DNA from: Bacillota bacterium
GTDB taxonomy: Bacteria > Bacillota > Clostridia > Peptostreptococcales > Anaerovoracaceae
DNA: 64,000 nt
Reading direction: 5' to 3'
Assembly: GCA_052034085.1 (NCBI GenBank)
Contig: JBPOJA010000026.1
Coordinates: 414 to 64,413 of the forward strand
Position numbers and translations under genes: made by a program. The notes below the pieces were generated by a model. That model was not told the origin of the DNA. It ran no database searches and worked only from the letters and a program-made list of their open reading frames with translations. Shown here piece by piece: positions 63,907 to 64,000 of this stretch (position 1 is its first letter; each line of letters opens with the position of its first letter).

Positions 63907-64000
63907 TTATTTCCCCAGGTGCTTGAAGCGCTGTATCTTTTTGGTCGTGGTCTTTATGAATTCGTCTTTTCTGATGCTTATATTCCTGATTCGCTTATAT
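63907..64000 (-). CDS. 3' end of an unidentified minus-strand gene (30 codons in window)
   Basis: Own translation: ...YKRIRNISIRKDEFIKTTTKKIQRFKHLGK*, followed by the hairpin GGCGCAGGCTGCGCC. It is too short to name. Confidence 0.3.
   Translation of the reverse strand, partial: YKRIRNISIRKDEFIKTTTKKIQRFKHLGK

Overview
This 64 kb window comes from a Firmicutes/Clostridia-type chromosome and is transcribed almost entirely on the minus strand. All product calls rest on my own reading of the translated ORFs and on motif recall; no database search was run.

Layout, left to right:
- 1-4.7 kb: the tail of a surface-polysaccharide locus (two DegT-type aminotransferase-fold genes, a GNAT, a small PglC/EpsL-type sugar transferase, a wHTH regulator), with decayed HEPN/MNT toxin-antitoxin debris.
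- 4.9-6.1 kb: a lone AAA_14/DUF4143 ATPase.
- 6.2-23.7 kb: about 16 kb of co-directional catabolic genes behind a near-consensus sigma-54 promoter and a PAS-AAA+ enhancer-binding protein. The genes are an HgdABC-type 2-hydroxyacyl-CoA dehydratase plus activase, Hbd, crotonase, thiolase, a Cat2/AbfT-type CoA-transferase, a class-III aminotransferase, an Fe-ADH, TRAP DctPQM, a LarA-like protein, a ThiF-like protein and PanB.
- 23.8-39.3 kb: a repeat-dense accessory segment. It holds a ThiS-like relic, bfr, a MATE pump, an M28 lipoprotein peptidase, ltaE, a self-contained 4-gene envelope cluster built around a 1037-aa single-pass protein, a GNAT fusion and a DUF559 protein.
- 39.3-64 kb: a conserved housekeeping block (ppdK, glyQS, DUF4342, recO, era, cdd, ybeY, phoH, rpsU, [IS], HIT, mtaB, rsmE, prmA, dnaJ, dnaK, grpE, hrcA with CIRCE, an orphan gene, glpK, hemW, lepA, divergent rpsT).

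I found no rRNA, tRNA or CRISPR array.

The signals most worth a second look:
- The enzyme logic of the sigma-54 operon.
- The 4-gene envelope cluster at 31.2-36.5 kb.
- Three copies of a ~190 bp element made of four 24-nt modules on a 52-bp pitch, arranged as two direct plus two inverted.
- A family of ~50 bp perfect palindromes (GACAGGGGGACAGCCCTTTTGACA / inverted) sitting next to stop codons at four intergenic sites.
- Several 30- and 39-bp minisatellites.
- In-frame GC-rich insertions in conserved proteins.
- An IS with a ~27 bp target duplication.
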